From Candidatus Anderseniibacteriota bacterium (GTDB lineage: Bacteria; Patescibacteriota; Andersenbacteria; UBA10190), in contig JAIOOW010000003.1 of NCBI GenBank assembly GCA_021414205.1, positions 364,365-428,364 on the forward strand: a DNA stretch of 64,000 bases, given 5' to 3'. The translations under genes and the position numbers were made by a program. The notes under the pieces were generated by a model. The model had not been told where the DNA came from and ran no database searches. It saw nothing but the letters and a program-made list of their open reading frames with translations. Shown piece after piece: positions 1 through 9,596 of the stretch (positions are counted from its first letter, which is position 1; each line of letters begins with the position of its first letter).

Positions 1-1365
1 GGGGGCATGCCGTACTCCAGGGCGCGTAAGTACGACTCATCAATTGCATGCGCTTCAATGTCCCCTTTATCGCGTTCTGCTTGCTGCTCCATAAAGCGTT
101 CTCGCTGTTCGATCGGATCGTTTAATTCTGAATATGCTTTTACTAATTCCATGCCAGCAACAACCAATTGGAACATTTCTGCGATGTTCGGATTGCTCGC
201 CTTTTTCTTTGCAAGTGGAACAAGCTCGACGGGATAGTCATATAGAATAGTGGGTTCTATAAGAGTCGGTCGAACGATTTCTTTGTACAGTTCGTCTACC
301 AGCTTGCCGTAATTATCAACGTCAGGAGCTTTGATTCCATACTTTTTAAATGCGGCCTTGTATACTGCAGGGTCTTTTTCTGTGAGCGCGTCGATGCCTG
401 TGCGTTCTTTAATTAATTCTGTATACGAATATCGTTTAAAAGGCGGTTTGAACGATATGGTGGTCTCGCCTCGCGGAAGGTCGTATGATCCGTTGATAGC
501 AAGTACCGCGCTTGAAAGCAGATCCTCTGCCATGTCCATTAAGTCCTCGTAGTCTGCATATGCCCAGTAGAATTCAAGCATGGTGAATTCTGGGTTATGG
601 GATTTGTCTACCCCTTCGTTTCTAAAGTTTTTTCCAATTTCAAATACTTTTTCAAATCCGCCCACTAGCAATCTTTTTAAATACAGTTCTGGTGCGATGC
701 GCAAAAATAAATCCGCATCAAGGGCATTGTGATGCGTTGAGAACGGTGCTGCGAGGGTTCCTCCAGGAATCGGTTGAAGCATTGGAGTCTCTACTTCCAT
801 GAAGCCGTTTTTTTCTAAGTAAGAACGTACGAAGGACAATGTTTTTGATCGTTTGCGTGCAGTTTCTTTTGTATCCGGATTGGTAAGTAAGTCCAATTCT
901 CGTTGGCGAGATTTCAGTTCAATATCTTTTAATCCGAACCACGTGCTCGGAATCGGGCGGATTGCTTTACTTGCCATGGAGCATTCGGTGATCATCACCG
1001 TCTTTTCTCCGCGCTTGCTCAGCACCGGGATACCAATTGCTTGGACAAAGTCCCCGGAGTCATATTCCGATAATTCTTTAAAGCGATCGCCTAGTTGTTC
1101 TTCGGTAAACTGCAGCTGCATTTTACCGCCATCGTCGATGATGTCTACGAACGCAATGCTCCCGTGAGAGCGGATAGCAGAGATACGCCCAAGCAGAATC
1201 ACAGCCTCCCCATCTTTCATTTTGTCGTCAAATTGTTCGGTAAGTTCGGATAGTGTCATGCTTCGGCGTACTTCTGCCGGATATGCCGGTTTTCCGGAAG
1301 CCAAAAGCTCCTCACGCTTCTTAGCGCGCAGTGCCCTCATTTCTTCTAATCGTTCTTCTGCCATG
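1..1365 (-). CDS. lysS: lysyl-tRNA synthetase (class II), 3'-truncated by the window start
   Basis: Reverse-strand ATG at 1365-1363. My own translation reads MAEERLEEMRALRAKK...FEIGKNFRNEGVD...HNPEFTMLEFYWAY...YGMPP, with class II LysRS motifs and an OB-fold N-terminus. The frame stays open to position 1 (455 codons), so the C-terminus lies beyond the window. This ORF is absent from the supplied track because it hits the window edge. Confidence 0.9.
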
Positions 1366-1421
1366 TTCTATAGTGTACGGAATATATGTAAAAACTGGAA
1401 TAGGCAGGCTAAAACAAGGAA

Positions 1422-1460
1422 TCCCCGCTCCGCCAACTGGCAGATGCGGGGACTTTTTTG
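1422..1460. terminator. GC-rich hairpin (ccccgc...gcgggg) followed by TTTTTT on the + strand and flanked by a T-rich run on the minus strand; likely bidirectional intrinsic terminator between greA and lysS
   Basis: Stem 1424-1429 pairs with 1446-1451, and a T-run sits at 1454-1459. On the minus strand the stem is followed by ttccttgtttt. Confidence 0.5.
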
Positions 1461-1463
1461 CTA

Positions 1464-1919
1464 TTAACTAATTTTTTTGACGATGCACTCTTTGTTGCCT
1501 GCAGGAGTTGGAATATGGATAGTTTCTCCAACCTTTGCGCCCATGAGAGCCTCTCCCATCGGAGATTCATTACTGATTTTGCCCTGCATCGGATTTGCTT
1601 CATTGGATCCTACGATCATAAATTCCTTCTCTGTTCCTTGCCAATCGAGCAATACCGTATTGCCGATGCCGACAGCATCTGTTTTATGCTTTGCTACTAC
1701 ATGCGCATTTTTTACCATCATTTCAAGTTCCGCAATTTCTTGCTCCATTCGGCTCTGTTCTTCTTTTGCGCTTTGGTACTCTGCGTTTTCTGAAAGATCG
1801 CCCTGTTCTTTTGCAGTATGAATCGCATCGGCAATCTCACGACGACGCACGGTCTTCATGAGATGTAATCGTTGCTGTAGTTCCGCCATCCCCTCTTTCG
1901 TTAAAAATTGGTCTTTCAT
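1464..1919 (-). CDS. greA: transcription elongation factor GreA
   Basis: 151 aa with GreA/GreB N-terminal coiled coil (LTKEGMAELQQRL...) and C-terminal FKBP-like domain. Size and motifs are typical of GreA. Confidence 0.85.
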   Translation of the reverse strand: MKDQFLTKEGMAELQQRLHLMKTVRRREIADAIHTAKEQGDLSENAEYQSAKEEQSRMEQEIAELEMMVKNAHVVAKHKTDAVGIGNTVLLDWQGTEKEFMIVGSNEANPMQGKISNESPMGEALMGAKVGETIHIPTPAGNKECIVKKIS

Positions 1920-1999
1920 AAATATATTAATAGTAATGTTGGACTAGTGTAGCGAATCTGCGCTATAGGTCAAGACCCGTTTGTTCACAATTTGTCACG

Positions 2000-3814
2000 C
2001 TATTTTGACAGGTCATGCTCATAGAGCCACTGCCAAACTTCCCGAGCAATAGGTACTGCGACCACGTCACCGCCCCCACCTTGTTCTATGAGTACTGTAA
2101 CTGCGAACTTTGGATTTCCGTATGGGCCAAAGCTGGTAAACCAAGCATGGGTTTTATCTGATCCGTCGATTTGAGCGGTTCCTGTTTTCCCGGCAATTGG
2201 AATCGGCAGAGTGTTAAGGGATTTTGCCGAACCGTCTGTAATCGTCTCTCTCATGCCTTCTTGAACAATCTGGACATTACTTTGACTGACAGGGATTGGA
2301 TGTTTTTTGGGGTTGCCTTGCACGAGGTGCGGCTGATACCACGTTGTTCCATTCGCAATTGATGCGATGCCGGCTGTCATCTGAAGTGGCGTGACGAGTA
2401 CGCCTCCTTGCCCAATTCCCATGTGGTATGTGTCCCCGATATACCAAGGCTGTCCCGTAGTGGTAAGTTTCCACTGTGGCGTTGGGAGGAATCCGGGAGC
2501 TTCGCTTGGCAGGTCGATCCCGGTGTCGTTATCAAAACCAAACTGCTTGAGGTATGTGTCCGATTTATCAACTCCTAATCCGCCTTGGCCATTGAGTCCG
2601 CCGGCAACCATGTAAAAGAACGTGTTTACTGAATTTGCTATCGCTTTCTTTACGTCAGTAATCCCGTGCCCACCGGATTTCCAATCTAGGAAGTGGTACG
2701 ACCCAACTGTGATTCCGCCCACGGAATTTACGGTAGTATTTTCCGTAATAATGCCTTCTTGTAACCCTGCGCTTGCAAGAAAAGGCTTGATTGTCGAGCC
2801 GGGCGGATACGCACCATTAACGGCCCTGTTAAATAGCGGCATTTGCTTGTCGTTGAAGTATTTGGTTGTATTGTTGCGCAAGAATGGCTGCGAAAAAGCG
2901 TTTGGATCGTATGATGGATAGCTTACGAGGCTTTGAACTTCACCATTCGTGGTATCCATGACAACCACAGCCCCTCGCATAGGCCCTTCTCCTGCTTTTT
3001 GATTCTTCGCATCAAGGTCGGACATGAGCCCGTAGATGAATTTTTGTAATTCAGCATCAATAGTAAGTGTTAAGTCTTGTCCTGCAACGGCAGGCTTTTG
3101 CCCTAGATCTGTTTGCTGTTTTCCGGCCGCATTTACTTCCGTATAGGTGAGTCCATGTTCTCCGCGAAGAGCCGCGTCATATTGCAGTTCAATGCCCTGC
3201 TTTCCTGTAGTGTCTGTGGCCGTAAGATTAGAGTTGCTTGCTAATTGTTCAGCGGTAACGGGGTTTGTGTACCCTAGAATATGAGCAAGGACTTCTGAGT
3301 ACAGATATTTGCGCACAAGAGATGATTCGAGCGACGTGCCTACAAGATTAGCTTCGTTTTGTTCTAGCTTGAGTACCGTGTCATGATCGAGCGCCTTTGC
3401 AATGAGCGTTTCTTGGCCGGTTTTCCGCGATCGGTCGAGGGCTGCTCTGATTTGGTCAGGAGAAATACTCGGAAGAAGTGTGGTGAGATTGTCGAGCAAG
3501 TATGATTCATTCGCAACGGTCGGAAGTTGGTTTGGTTTGAATACTAAATCTGTACTGGAAATATTTTCCACCAATTGTGTATGATTGCGATCGTAAATAA
3601 TTCCTCTGGGCGCAGGAAGGATGACGCTATCTACCCGATTGTGTTCTGCTTGAGAGCGAAACGATGATCCCTTAACGATTTGCAAATATCCCCCTCTTAT
3701 TGTAACAACGAGCAGGATGCATGTAAGAATAATGGGAAGTGCGCCAAATCTTCTGGTAGCAGATTTGGGCCGGGGATTCGGCTGCTCTATAATGTCAGAT
3801 GCGCTCAAGTTCAT
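2000..3814 (-). CDS. mrdA: penicillin-binding protein 2 (elongasome transpeptidase)
   Basis: 604 aa with an N-terminal TM segment, a PBP dimerisation domain, and a transpeptidase domain with S-x-x-K (STIKP) and KTGT motifs. It sits immediately downstream of mreBCD. Confidence 0.85.
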   Translation of the reverse strand: MNLSASDIIEQPNPRPKSATRRFGALPIILTCILLVVTIRGGYLQIVKGSSFRSQAEHNRVDSVILPAPRGIIYDRNHTQLVENISSTDLVFKPNQLPTVANESYLLDNLTTLLPSISPDQIRAALDRSRKTGQETLIAKALDHDTVLKLEQNEANLVGTSLESSLVRKYLYSEVLAHILGYTNPVTAEQLASNSNLTATDTTGKQGIELQYDAALRGEHGLTYTEVNAAGKQQTDLGQKPAVAGQDLTLTIDAELQKFIYGLMSDLDAKNQKAGEGPMRGAVVVMDTTNGEVQSLVSYPSYDPNAFSQPFLRNNTTKYFNDKQMPLFNRAVNGAYPPGSTIKPFLASAGLQEGIITENTTVNSVGGITVGSYHFLDWKSGGHGITDVKKAIANSVNTFFYMVAGGLNGQGGLGVDKSDTYLKQFGFDNDTGIDLPSEAPGFLPTPQWKLTTTGQPWYIGDTYHMGIGQGGVLVTPLQMTAGIASIANGTTWYQPHLVQGNPKKHPIPVSQSNVQIVQEGMRETITDGSAKSLNTLPIPIAGKTGTAQIDGSDKTHAWFTSFGPYGNPKFAVTVLIEQGGGGDVVAVPIAREVWQWLYEHDLSK

Positions 3815-4281
3815 AGTCGTGAAGTGTACTCATGGAATGCAACGGTAATGACGTACGTAATAATGCTGGTGCATGCCAACTGAATTCCGATAATACCAAA
3901 AGGAATGCTCTGTAATGCGGGTGCGTGCAATCCCGTTTTTGCGATAATAATCGCAATGATTTGAAGTGTGACGCATAAGAATGTAGTAAAGAAGAATTTC
4001 CATGTAATGCCTACTTCTGGATTTTTCATGAGCCATTGCACGAAAAATGGTATGGAAAACACAACAATCATGCTCCCAAATATAAGAGTCGAAAGGAGTT
4101 CGCAGGCAAGTGCTGCAATTGCAATAGTGATGACCGGTGCCGGCGAGATTGTTGCAAGCAAAAACGAAATGCCGAGGGGTGCAAGAAACAGTGATGCAGT
4201 GCTGTATCTGAAAAAATGGTGCAACAAAAGCATGAAAACAATTGTAGCGACCAAGGTTAAGATCTGTCGTATGGACATCAT
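3811..4281 (-). CDS. mreD: rod shape-determining protein MreD (polytopic membrane protein)
   Basis: 156-aa hydrophobic protein lying between mreC and mrdA with 4-nt overlaps on both sides. Position and hydropathy fit MreD; the sequence itself is not diagnostic. Confidence 0.6.
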   Translation of the reverse strand: MMSIRQILTLVATIVFMLLLHHFFRYSTASLFLAPLGISFLLATISPAPVITIAIAALACELLSTLIFGSMIVVFSIPFFVQWLMKNPEVGITWKFFFTTFLCVTLQIIAIIIAKTGLHAPALQSIPFGIIGIQLACTSIITYVITVAFHEYTSRL

Positions 4282-5042
4282 TTTGGAGCAAGTACGGTTA
4301 CGGCTTCAATAGCATCGGGGTTGTATGGGAGCTGAATTACTGCCTGCTGGTATGCTTCATTTTCAGGCTTGCTAATCGAGGAAATTGATCCAATAACAAT
4401 GCCATATGGAATCTGCGATCCGTTGCTTGTGGTGACTACGTTTTGTCCTACGCTGAGCGTAGCATCTCGAGGAATTGTTCCCATATGTATGGATGTTTGA
4501 AACTGACTTGTTACAAGTCCGCGGGCAGGTGTTGCGCCAGAATCCGTTACCACTGTTTCTGCTGTTACAGATGTTTTTGGATGAAGGACAGTTTGTATAA
4601 CTGCTGAATGAAGGGATACTTGCGATACAAAACCCACAAGCGCGGATCCGTTTACGACCACTGCCTCATCTGACCCTATTCCCTCCTCTATCCCCTTATT
4701 AATAACGTATTCAGATTGGAGGGTATCGATTGGACGGCTGATCACATGCGCTGAAATTGCCTGCATCCCATCAAACGAAGGTGCCTTAAGCTGGGATCGC
4801 AATCGGTCGTAGTCTATAAGTTCGCTCGCAAGGCGAGTATTTTCAAGGGTGAGCTGCTTGTTTTTTTCTTCCAAAGATTGAGACCCTCCATTGTCATGGA
4901 AGCGGAACACTGTCGTTGCGGTGAGGACTATTTGATCCCATGTTCGATTCCTGACATGCTGTGCGATCGGAGTAAACGATGCCAATATCGCGATGAGGAT
5001 TATCGCGAGGATTCCGAATACTAGCTTGTTTCGTCTCTTCAT
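4278..5042 (-). CDS. mreC: rod shape-determining protein MreC
   Basis: 254 aa with an N-terminal TM segment, a coiled coil (QLTLENTRLASELIDYDRLRSQL), and a beta-rich C-terminal domain. It lies between mreB and mreD. Confidence 0.8.
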   Translation of the reverse strand: MKRRNKLVFGILAIILIAILASFTPIAQHVRNRTWDQIVLTATTVFRFHDNGGSQSLEEKNKQLTLENTRLASELIDYDRLRSQLKAPSFDGMQAISAHVISRPIDTLQSEYVINKGIEEGIGSDEAVVVNGSALVGFVSQVSLHSAVIQTVLHPKTSVTAETVVTDSGATPARGLVTSQFQTSIHMGTIPRDATLSVGQNVVTTSNGSQIPYGIVIGSISSISKPENEAYQQAVIQLPYNPDAIEAVTVLAPK

Positions 5043-5050
5043 ACGTTGTT

Positions 5051-6109
5051 CTATTTAATTTTCGATCCATGAACGCTTGGCAAGAGCACTTCTTGTACTG
5101 CCTCAATATCTTCTAATACTATACCAGTCCCGCGCACGACTGCAGTAAGCGGATCGTCTGTAATGTGGGTCCTAATCTGGGTGGCATCTGTAATAACGTC
5201 CGCCAGGCCTCGTAGGAGCGCTCCCCCGCCTGCTAAATAAATACCCTGTTCGATAATATCAGACAATAATTCTGGTGGAGTTTCTTCAATACATGCCTTT
5301 ACCGCATCAACGATAATGGAGATGGAACGCTGCATCGCCTCTTTTGCCTGCATGCCGTTCATGATCACTTCTTTCGGAAGGCCAGTTACAAGATCTCGTC
5401 CGCGTATCGGAGCTTCGAGAATTTCCATCGTATCCATTGCAGACCCGATGCGAATTTTGATTTCTTCGGCAGTTCGTTCTCCGATTAACATATTAAAATT
5501 ATTGCGCGCGTATTGGATAATATTTTCGTTCAATTCGTCTCCGGCGATGCGCAATGTCCTATTTGCAACGATTCCCCCAAGTGAAATAACGGAAATCTCG
5601 CTCGTTCCTCCGCCGATATCGACGATGATATTTCCCGTAGCCTCATGAATCGGCAGTCGGGATCCGATGGCAGCTGCCATAGACTCTTCAATTAAAAACA
5701 CGGCTCGAGCCCCGGCACGCAAGCTCGCCTCTTCAACGGCACGTCGCTCTACTTCCGTTACTGATGATGGGATACCAATAACAACTCGCGGTCGTGGTAA
5801 AAAGTGGAATCCGTCTTCATGCACTTTTTGAATAAAATACGAAAGCATTTGCTCTGTTACTTCAAAATCAGAGATAACCCCGTGTCGCAATGGTCTGATC
5901 GCTACAATGTGCGAAGGCGTTTTACCAACCATGCGCTGCGCTTCTTTTCCAATAGCGAGCACCTCGTTTGTTTTTTTGTTCAGCGCAACGACGGAAGGTT
6001 CGTTAATAACAACGCCCTTTCCGCGCACGTATACGAGCGTGTTTGCCGTCCCCAAGTCAATTCCGATGTCTTGCGAGAATCGGCCAAAAAAGTTATTAAC
6101 AAATCCCAT
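5051..6109 (-). CDS. mreB: rod shape-determining protein MreB (actin homologue)
   Basis: 352 aa with actin-fold phosphate-binding motifs (IGIDLGTANT, DIGGGTS, YLAGGGA). Confidence 0.92.
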   Translation of the reverse strand: MGFVNNFFGRFSQDIGIDLGTANTLVYVRGKGVVINEPSVVALNKKTNEVLAIGKEAQRMVGKTPSHIVAIRPLRHGVISDFEVTEQMLSYFIQKVHEDGFHFLPRPRVVIGIPSSVTEVERRAVEEASLRAGARAVFLIEESMAAAIGSRLPIHEATGNIIVDIGGGTSEISVISLGGIVANRTLRIAGDELNENIIQYARNNFNMLIGERTAEEIKIRIGSAMDTMEILEAPIRGRDLVTGLPKEVIMNGMQAKEAMQRSISIIVDAVKACIEETPPELLSDIIEQGIYLAGGGALLRGLADVITDATQIRTHITDDPLTAVVRGTGIVLEDIEAVQEVLLPSVHGSKIK

Positions 6110-6116
6110 ACCAGTA

Positions 6117-7346
6117 TTATCCTTTCAGCCGTTCGATGCAGGCAGCAATATCTACCAATGACGTTTCTGCTTCCGTTCTGCTTTTTACCTCAACTTGGTC
6201 ACCCGTTTTTTTAGAAACAACTACGCGATATGGAATTCCTAATAAATCAGCATCTGAAAACTTTGCTCCGGGAGCAATATCTCTATCGTCATACAGAACC
6301 TCTATTCCCGATGTTTTAAGGGCAGTATATATTTCATCCGCTTTTCTCACCGTATCTTCATCGTCGCGATTTAGACCTGCTAAATACACAGTAAACGGCG
6401 CAATGCTTTTCGGCCAAATAATTCCCTTGTCATCATGGAATTTTTCTACGATGACGCCCATGAGGCGCGTAGTTCCAATTCCGTAGCTGCCCATGTATAC
6501 CAATTGCGGTTTTCCATTTTCATCCATATACGTGTAATTGAATGCGTTTGAAAACTTGATATTGAGCGGGAAGATATTTCCTACTTCGCTTGCCTTGTGC
6601 TTTTCATATGTCTTTCCTTCAGGCGCAATTTCTTCATTGTACGCAATTCCCGTTTCAGTATCGATACAAATAATATCCTCGCCCGCATCGCAAATAGTCT
6701 GAAATTCATGAGAGAACCCGGTAGTGAAATCTCCTCCCGATGCAAGAGTTATTTTAGTATCTTCTCCTAAGCCAACGCGTTCAAAAATGGTGGTGTATGC
6801 TTTTTTAACTTGCTCGTAATAAGTAAGCAGGTCGTCCTCGTCTTTGTGGAAGCTATACAAATCTTTCATGCGGAATTCCCGTCCACGCATAAGGCCTGAC
6901 TTTGCGCGTTCTTCGTTTCTGAATTTTGTTTGAATTTGATATACGGCAAATGGAAAATCTTTGTAACTCGATTTAGATTTTTGCGCAATCGGAGTAACGA
7001 GTTCTTCGTGGGTGCAGTTTAAAATGTACGATGCATCGTTGCGCTTGCGAGACGCGTCATTTGCCCCTCGAGCTTCGAGCAGTACGTCAATTTCTGTTCG
7101 CTTGGTTGTTTCCCAAAGCGATCGCGGAGAGAGCGCGGGCATGAGCATTTCCGTTCCGATAGTATCCATTTCCTCTCGGACAATAGCTTCTATTTTATTG
7201 AGTACGCGAAGACCAATGGGTAGCATGGTGTATACACCCGACATCGTCTGGTCGATGAATCCCCCTTTTTGCAGAAGTGTTGCGTTTATGGAATCAAATT
7301 CTTTTGCATCCTTATTTGTGTGAAGAAAAAACGAAGAGTATCTCAT
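6117..7346 (-). CDS. proS: prolyl-tRNA synthetase, short form lacking the INS editing insertion
   Basis: 409 aa with a class II core (FRNEERAKSGLMRGREFRMKD; GSYGIGTTRL) and a C-terminal anticodon-binding domain. There is no insertion domain between motifs 2 and 3. Confidence 0.85.
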   Translation of the reverse strand: MRYSSFFLHTNKDAKEFDSINATLLQKGGFIDQTMSGVYTMLPIGLRVLNKIEAIVREEMDTIGTEMLMPALSPRSLWETTKRTEIDVLLEARGANDASRKRNDASYILNCTHEELVTPIAQKSKSSYKDFPFAVYQIQTKFRNEERAKSGLMRGREFRMKDLYSFHKDEDDLLTYYEQVKKAYTTIFERVGLGEDTKITLASGGDFTTGFSHEFQTICDAGEDIICIDTETGIAYNEEIAPEGKTYEKHKASEVGNIFPLNIKFSNAFNYTYMDENGKPQLVYMGSYGIGTTRLMGVIVEKFHDDKGIIWPKSIAPFTVYLAGLNRDDEDTVRKADEIYTALKTSGIEVLYDDRDIAPGAKFSDADLLGIPYRVVVSKKTGDQVEVKSRTEAETSLVDIAACIERLKG

Positions 7347-7349
7347 AGA

Positions 7350-8438
7350 TTAAAAGTAATGATGAATATCTTTAAATGTTATAAATAGCATGAGTGCAAT
7401 TAACGCGATAAATCCTATAGTATGGGCGTATTGTTCAACGGAAGCAGTTCGTTTTCTGCCGACTAATTTTTCAATTCCTACAAACAGGATTCTCCCGCCA
7501 TCTAATGCAGGAATTGGCAGAATATTAATAATTGCCAAGTTAATACTGATCATCGCCGCAAACTCTAAGAAGTACGATAATCCCATTGCAACGGCCTGCT
7601 TTGTGTAAATTGCAATTCCGATCGGGCCGGTGAGTGCCTGGCCTACGGATTGATGTTCGAATAATTTCGCAATCAAGATTCCGAATTGGGAAAGTATTGT
7701 CCATGCCATAATGCCCGTTCGTTCAATGCCTTTAATTGGCGCTAGATAGATTGGGGATTTTTCTAATCCTGTTTCGCTCAGGCTAATCCCGAGCGCGCCT
7801 TGTCCTTCGGGAGGATTTACTCGAGGTGTTACGGTAACAGAAAGATCTTGGCCATTTCTATCTAGTTGCATCTGTATTTGCTTGCCCGCGTTGTCTCGTG
7901 TTATTTGCTGTACTGTAGTCAACGACGGGGCTTGGACATTGTTAATGCTTACAATTCGGTCATATACTTGCATACCCGCTTGCTGTGCGGGAGAATCTTT
8001 TGCAACTTCAACGGTATATGTTTTTTTATCGGTGAGCGTGCTCGCATTTTTTTCTGTTACCAACGTTGGCGCGCCGATTGCGCTTTCAACAGAAAGCAAT
8101 ACGACCGCAAACAGCAGGTTCATAATGACTCCTGCGGACAATATTGCAATTCTCCACCAAGCCGACTTGCTTGCGAAGCTGGTTTGCGATGGTTTTTCAC
8201 CATCTGGTAATTCTTCCATATTTTCCCCTTCTATCTTTACAAACCCGCCAATCGGGAAAAGATTAAGAGAGTAAAGCGTTCCGCGCCATGTTTTAGACAA
8301 TAGTCTTGGCGGAAATCCGAATCCGAATTCCTCAACTTTGCAACCTGCCTTTTTCGCAACAAAGAAATGTCCCCACTCGTGGACTAATACCAGAACCAGT
8401 AGCATTGCAATAAAAATCAATATAATCCAGATAGACAT
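7350..8438 (-). CDS. rseP: RIP site-2 metalloprotease RseP/M50 family with PDZ domain
   Basis: 362 aa with an HEWGH zinc motif near the N-terminal TM segment, a central PDZ domain, and a C-terminal LDGG motif. Confidence 0.85.
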   Translation of the reverse strand: MSIWIILIFIAMLLVLVLVHEWGHFFVAKKAGCKVEEFGFGFPPRLLSKTWRGTLYSLNLFPIGGFVKIEGENMEELPDGEKPSQTSFASKSAWWRIAILSAGVIMNLLFAVVLLSVESAIGAPTLVTEKNASTLTDKKTYTVEVAKDSPAQQAGMQVYDRIVSINNVQAPSLTTVQQITRDNAGKQIQMQLDRNGQDLSVTVTPRVNPPEGQGALGISLSETGLEKSPIYLAPIKGIERTGIMAWTILSQFGILIAKLFEHQSVGQALTGPIGIAIYTKQAVAMGLSYFLEFAAMISINLAIINILPIPALDGGRILFVGIEKLVGRKRTASVEQYAHTIGFIALIALMLFITFKDIHHYF

Positions 8439-8497
8439 ACCCCTAAGCGTATCTTGCTTTGCCCTCGGGCGCTAGTGGAGTTTTTTGGGCTTTTTGG

Positions 8498-8538
8498 TAT
8501 AAAAATACCCCGGACAGTGTGTCGCCGGGGGTTGTTTT
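8498..8538 (-). terminator. intrinsic terminator downstream of the 8551-9246 gene
   Basis: Stem ccccgg(8507-8512)/ccgggg(8525-8530). On the minus strand it is followed by TATTTTTAT (complement of 8498-8506). Confidence 0.55.
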
Positions 8539-8550
8539 GGTAGCTGGTTG

Positions 8551-9246
8551 TTATGTGCACGCGTGCTTGCGATGATTGCGTGCGTTGCCCCTATCCCTCC
8601 TCTTTCTCTTGCCTCGCCGTGGTCTGATGGCAGCTGGAGCGTGATGAGTGACGGGGCGAAATCGGGCGCAATACTCTACAAGCTTTCTTTCGAGATCTTC
8701 CGTTAGGCCGGAAGACCGCAAAAGATGACCATTCAAAGACTTTCTCCCTCGAGTTAAGAGTTCGAGCAATAGGTCCTCGATATGGAGCACGTTTCTGTGG
8801 TTTCTTATGGATCGCACAAATGCACAGCGAAGAATGTGCTGGAAATGTGGGGATCTTTCGCAAACACCTCGCGTTTCCTGATAAGCGGGGTAACCGAGTA
8901 TCTCGTACATTTTCCCAAGCAGGTCGGGAAAGTTGATACAAGGCAGCCGGCTTTTGTGGTAATCGGCGTGTTCCATAAAAACGGTCATAATTCCAAACAG
9001 TGCTTCAGTGACTCCAACTTTCTTATGTCGCTGAAACGTTGCCAGCTGATTCGAAATGTCGAGCGCGGTTCTTGCCTGTTGAGCAAGACGGATTCGCATA
9101 CAAGCGTCCTTTGGGTTTGAGAAAACGAACAACAATCTACCTACTTGCGGTATATCATATCCACCAGGCTTGTCAATGTATTTTGACAAAAGAAAACCCG
9201 GCCATGAAGGTCGGGTTGTGGAAGTGTGACTGGTGTCGGTTTTCAT
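8551..9246 (-). CDS. hypothetical protein (231 aa), GC-elevated, helical, Arg/Lys-rich C-terminus; contains R-x4-H-type motifs (RSIRNH) of uncertain significance
   Basis: Long ORF followed by its own terminator. No family recognised by eye. Composition is visibly more GC-rich than the flanking rseP and frr. Confidence 0.5.
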   Translation of the reverse strand: MKTDTSHTSTTRPSWPGFLLSKYIDKPGGYDIPQVGRLLFVFSNPKDACMRIRLAQQARTALDISNQLATFQRHKKVGVTEALFGIMTVFMEHADYHKSRLPCINFPDLLGKMYEILGYPAYQETRGVCERSPHFQHILRCAFVRSIRNHRNVLHIEDLLLELLTRGRKSLNGHLLRSSGLTEDLERKLVEYCARFRPVTHHAPAAIRPRRGKRKRRDRGNARNHRKHACT

Positions 9247-9253
9247 ATTGGCA

Positions 9254-9514
9254 TTACGGAATAGTAGTTGGCAGCTTTTTTGTTTGAGCGATAGTCATTG
9301 CGATTATCGCGGCACTGATTTGCCCCTTACAGAAGCGTAATCCATCAAATATGCTGAGCGACCAGAAGAGTGCTCCATCGTCAGTCTGAGCGAGCCAGCG
9401 CGCATCCTTCCTCCCCGTTTGCCTTGGGCCAGCTATTTGAATCATGTAGCCCTCGTTGATTGGGATAAATTCAGGAAAAATTACTACATGGCGACTAGTG
9501 CGTCTCCTCGACAT
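9254..9514 (-). CDS. hypothetical small protein (86 aa), first gene of the two-gene islet
   Basis: ORF ends 8 nt before the start of the 231-aa ORF. GAGGAG lies upstream of its ATG. No recognisable family. Confidence 0.4.
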   Translation of the reverse strand: MSRRRTSRHVVIFPEFIPINEGYMIQIAGPRQTGRKDARWLAQTDDGALFWSLSIFDGLRFCKGQISAAIIAMTIAQTKKLPTTIP

Positions 9515-9564
9515 GTTTTACTCCTCGGGAAAAGATCAAATAGTATCCGTCTTTCTGCGACAGT

Positions 9565-9596
9565 AAAAAAATACTTTATATAAGATTATTTGTCAA
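9565..9596 (-). promoter_or_regulatory. candidate sigma70-type promoter (TTGACA-17-TATTTT) for the 9514-8551 two-gene islet
   Basis: The reverse complement of 9591-9596 is TTGACA and overlaps the frr stop codon. After a 17-nt spacer comes tatttt, with GAGGAG-taa-ATG downstream. Confidence 0.3.

Noticed and set aside
7-1467. Four small plus-strand ORFs at the window start
   Set aside because: All lie antisense to a continuous 455-codon minus-strand frame encoding LysRS.
3830-4291. 153-aa Cys/His/Tyr-rich ORF overlapping mreD in another frame
   Set aside because: Its composition is that of an alternative-frame artefact. The hydrophobic frame (3811-4281) fits MreD and the operon junctions.
8591-9120. 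Alternative ORFs (8591-8941 minus, 8782-9120 plus) within the GC-rich islet
   Set aside because: They are shorter, overlap the longer 231-aa frame, and lack start signals. They are kept only as a caveat that the islet's true coding frame is uncertain.
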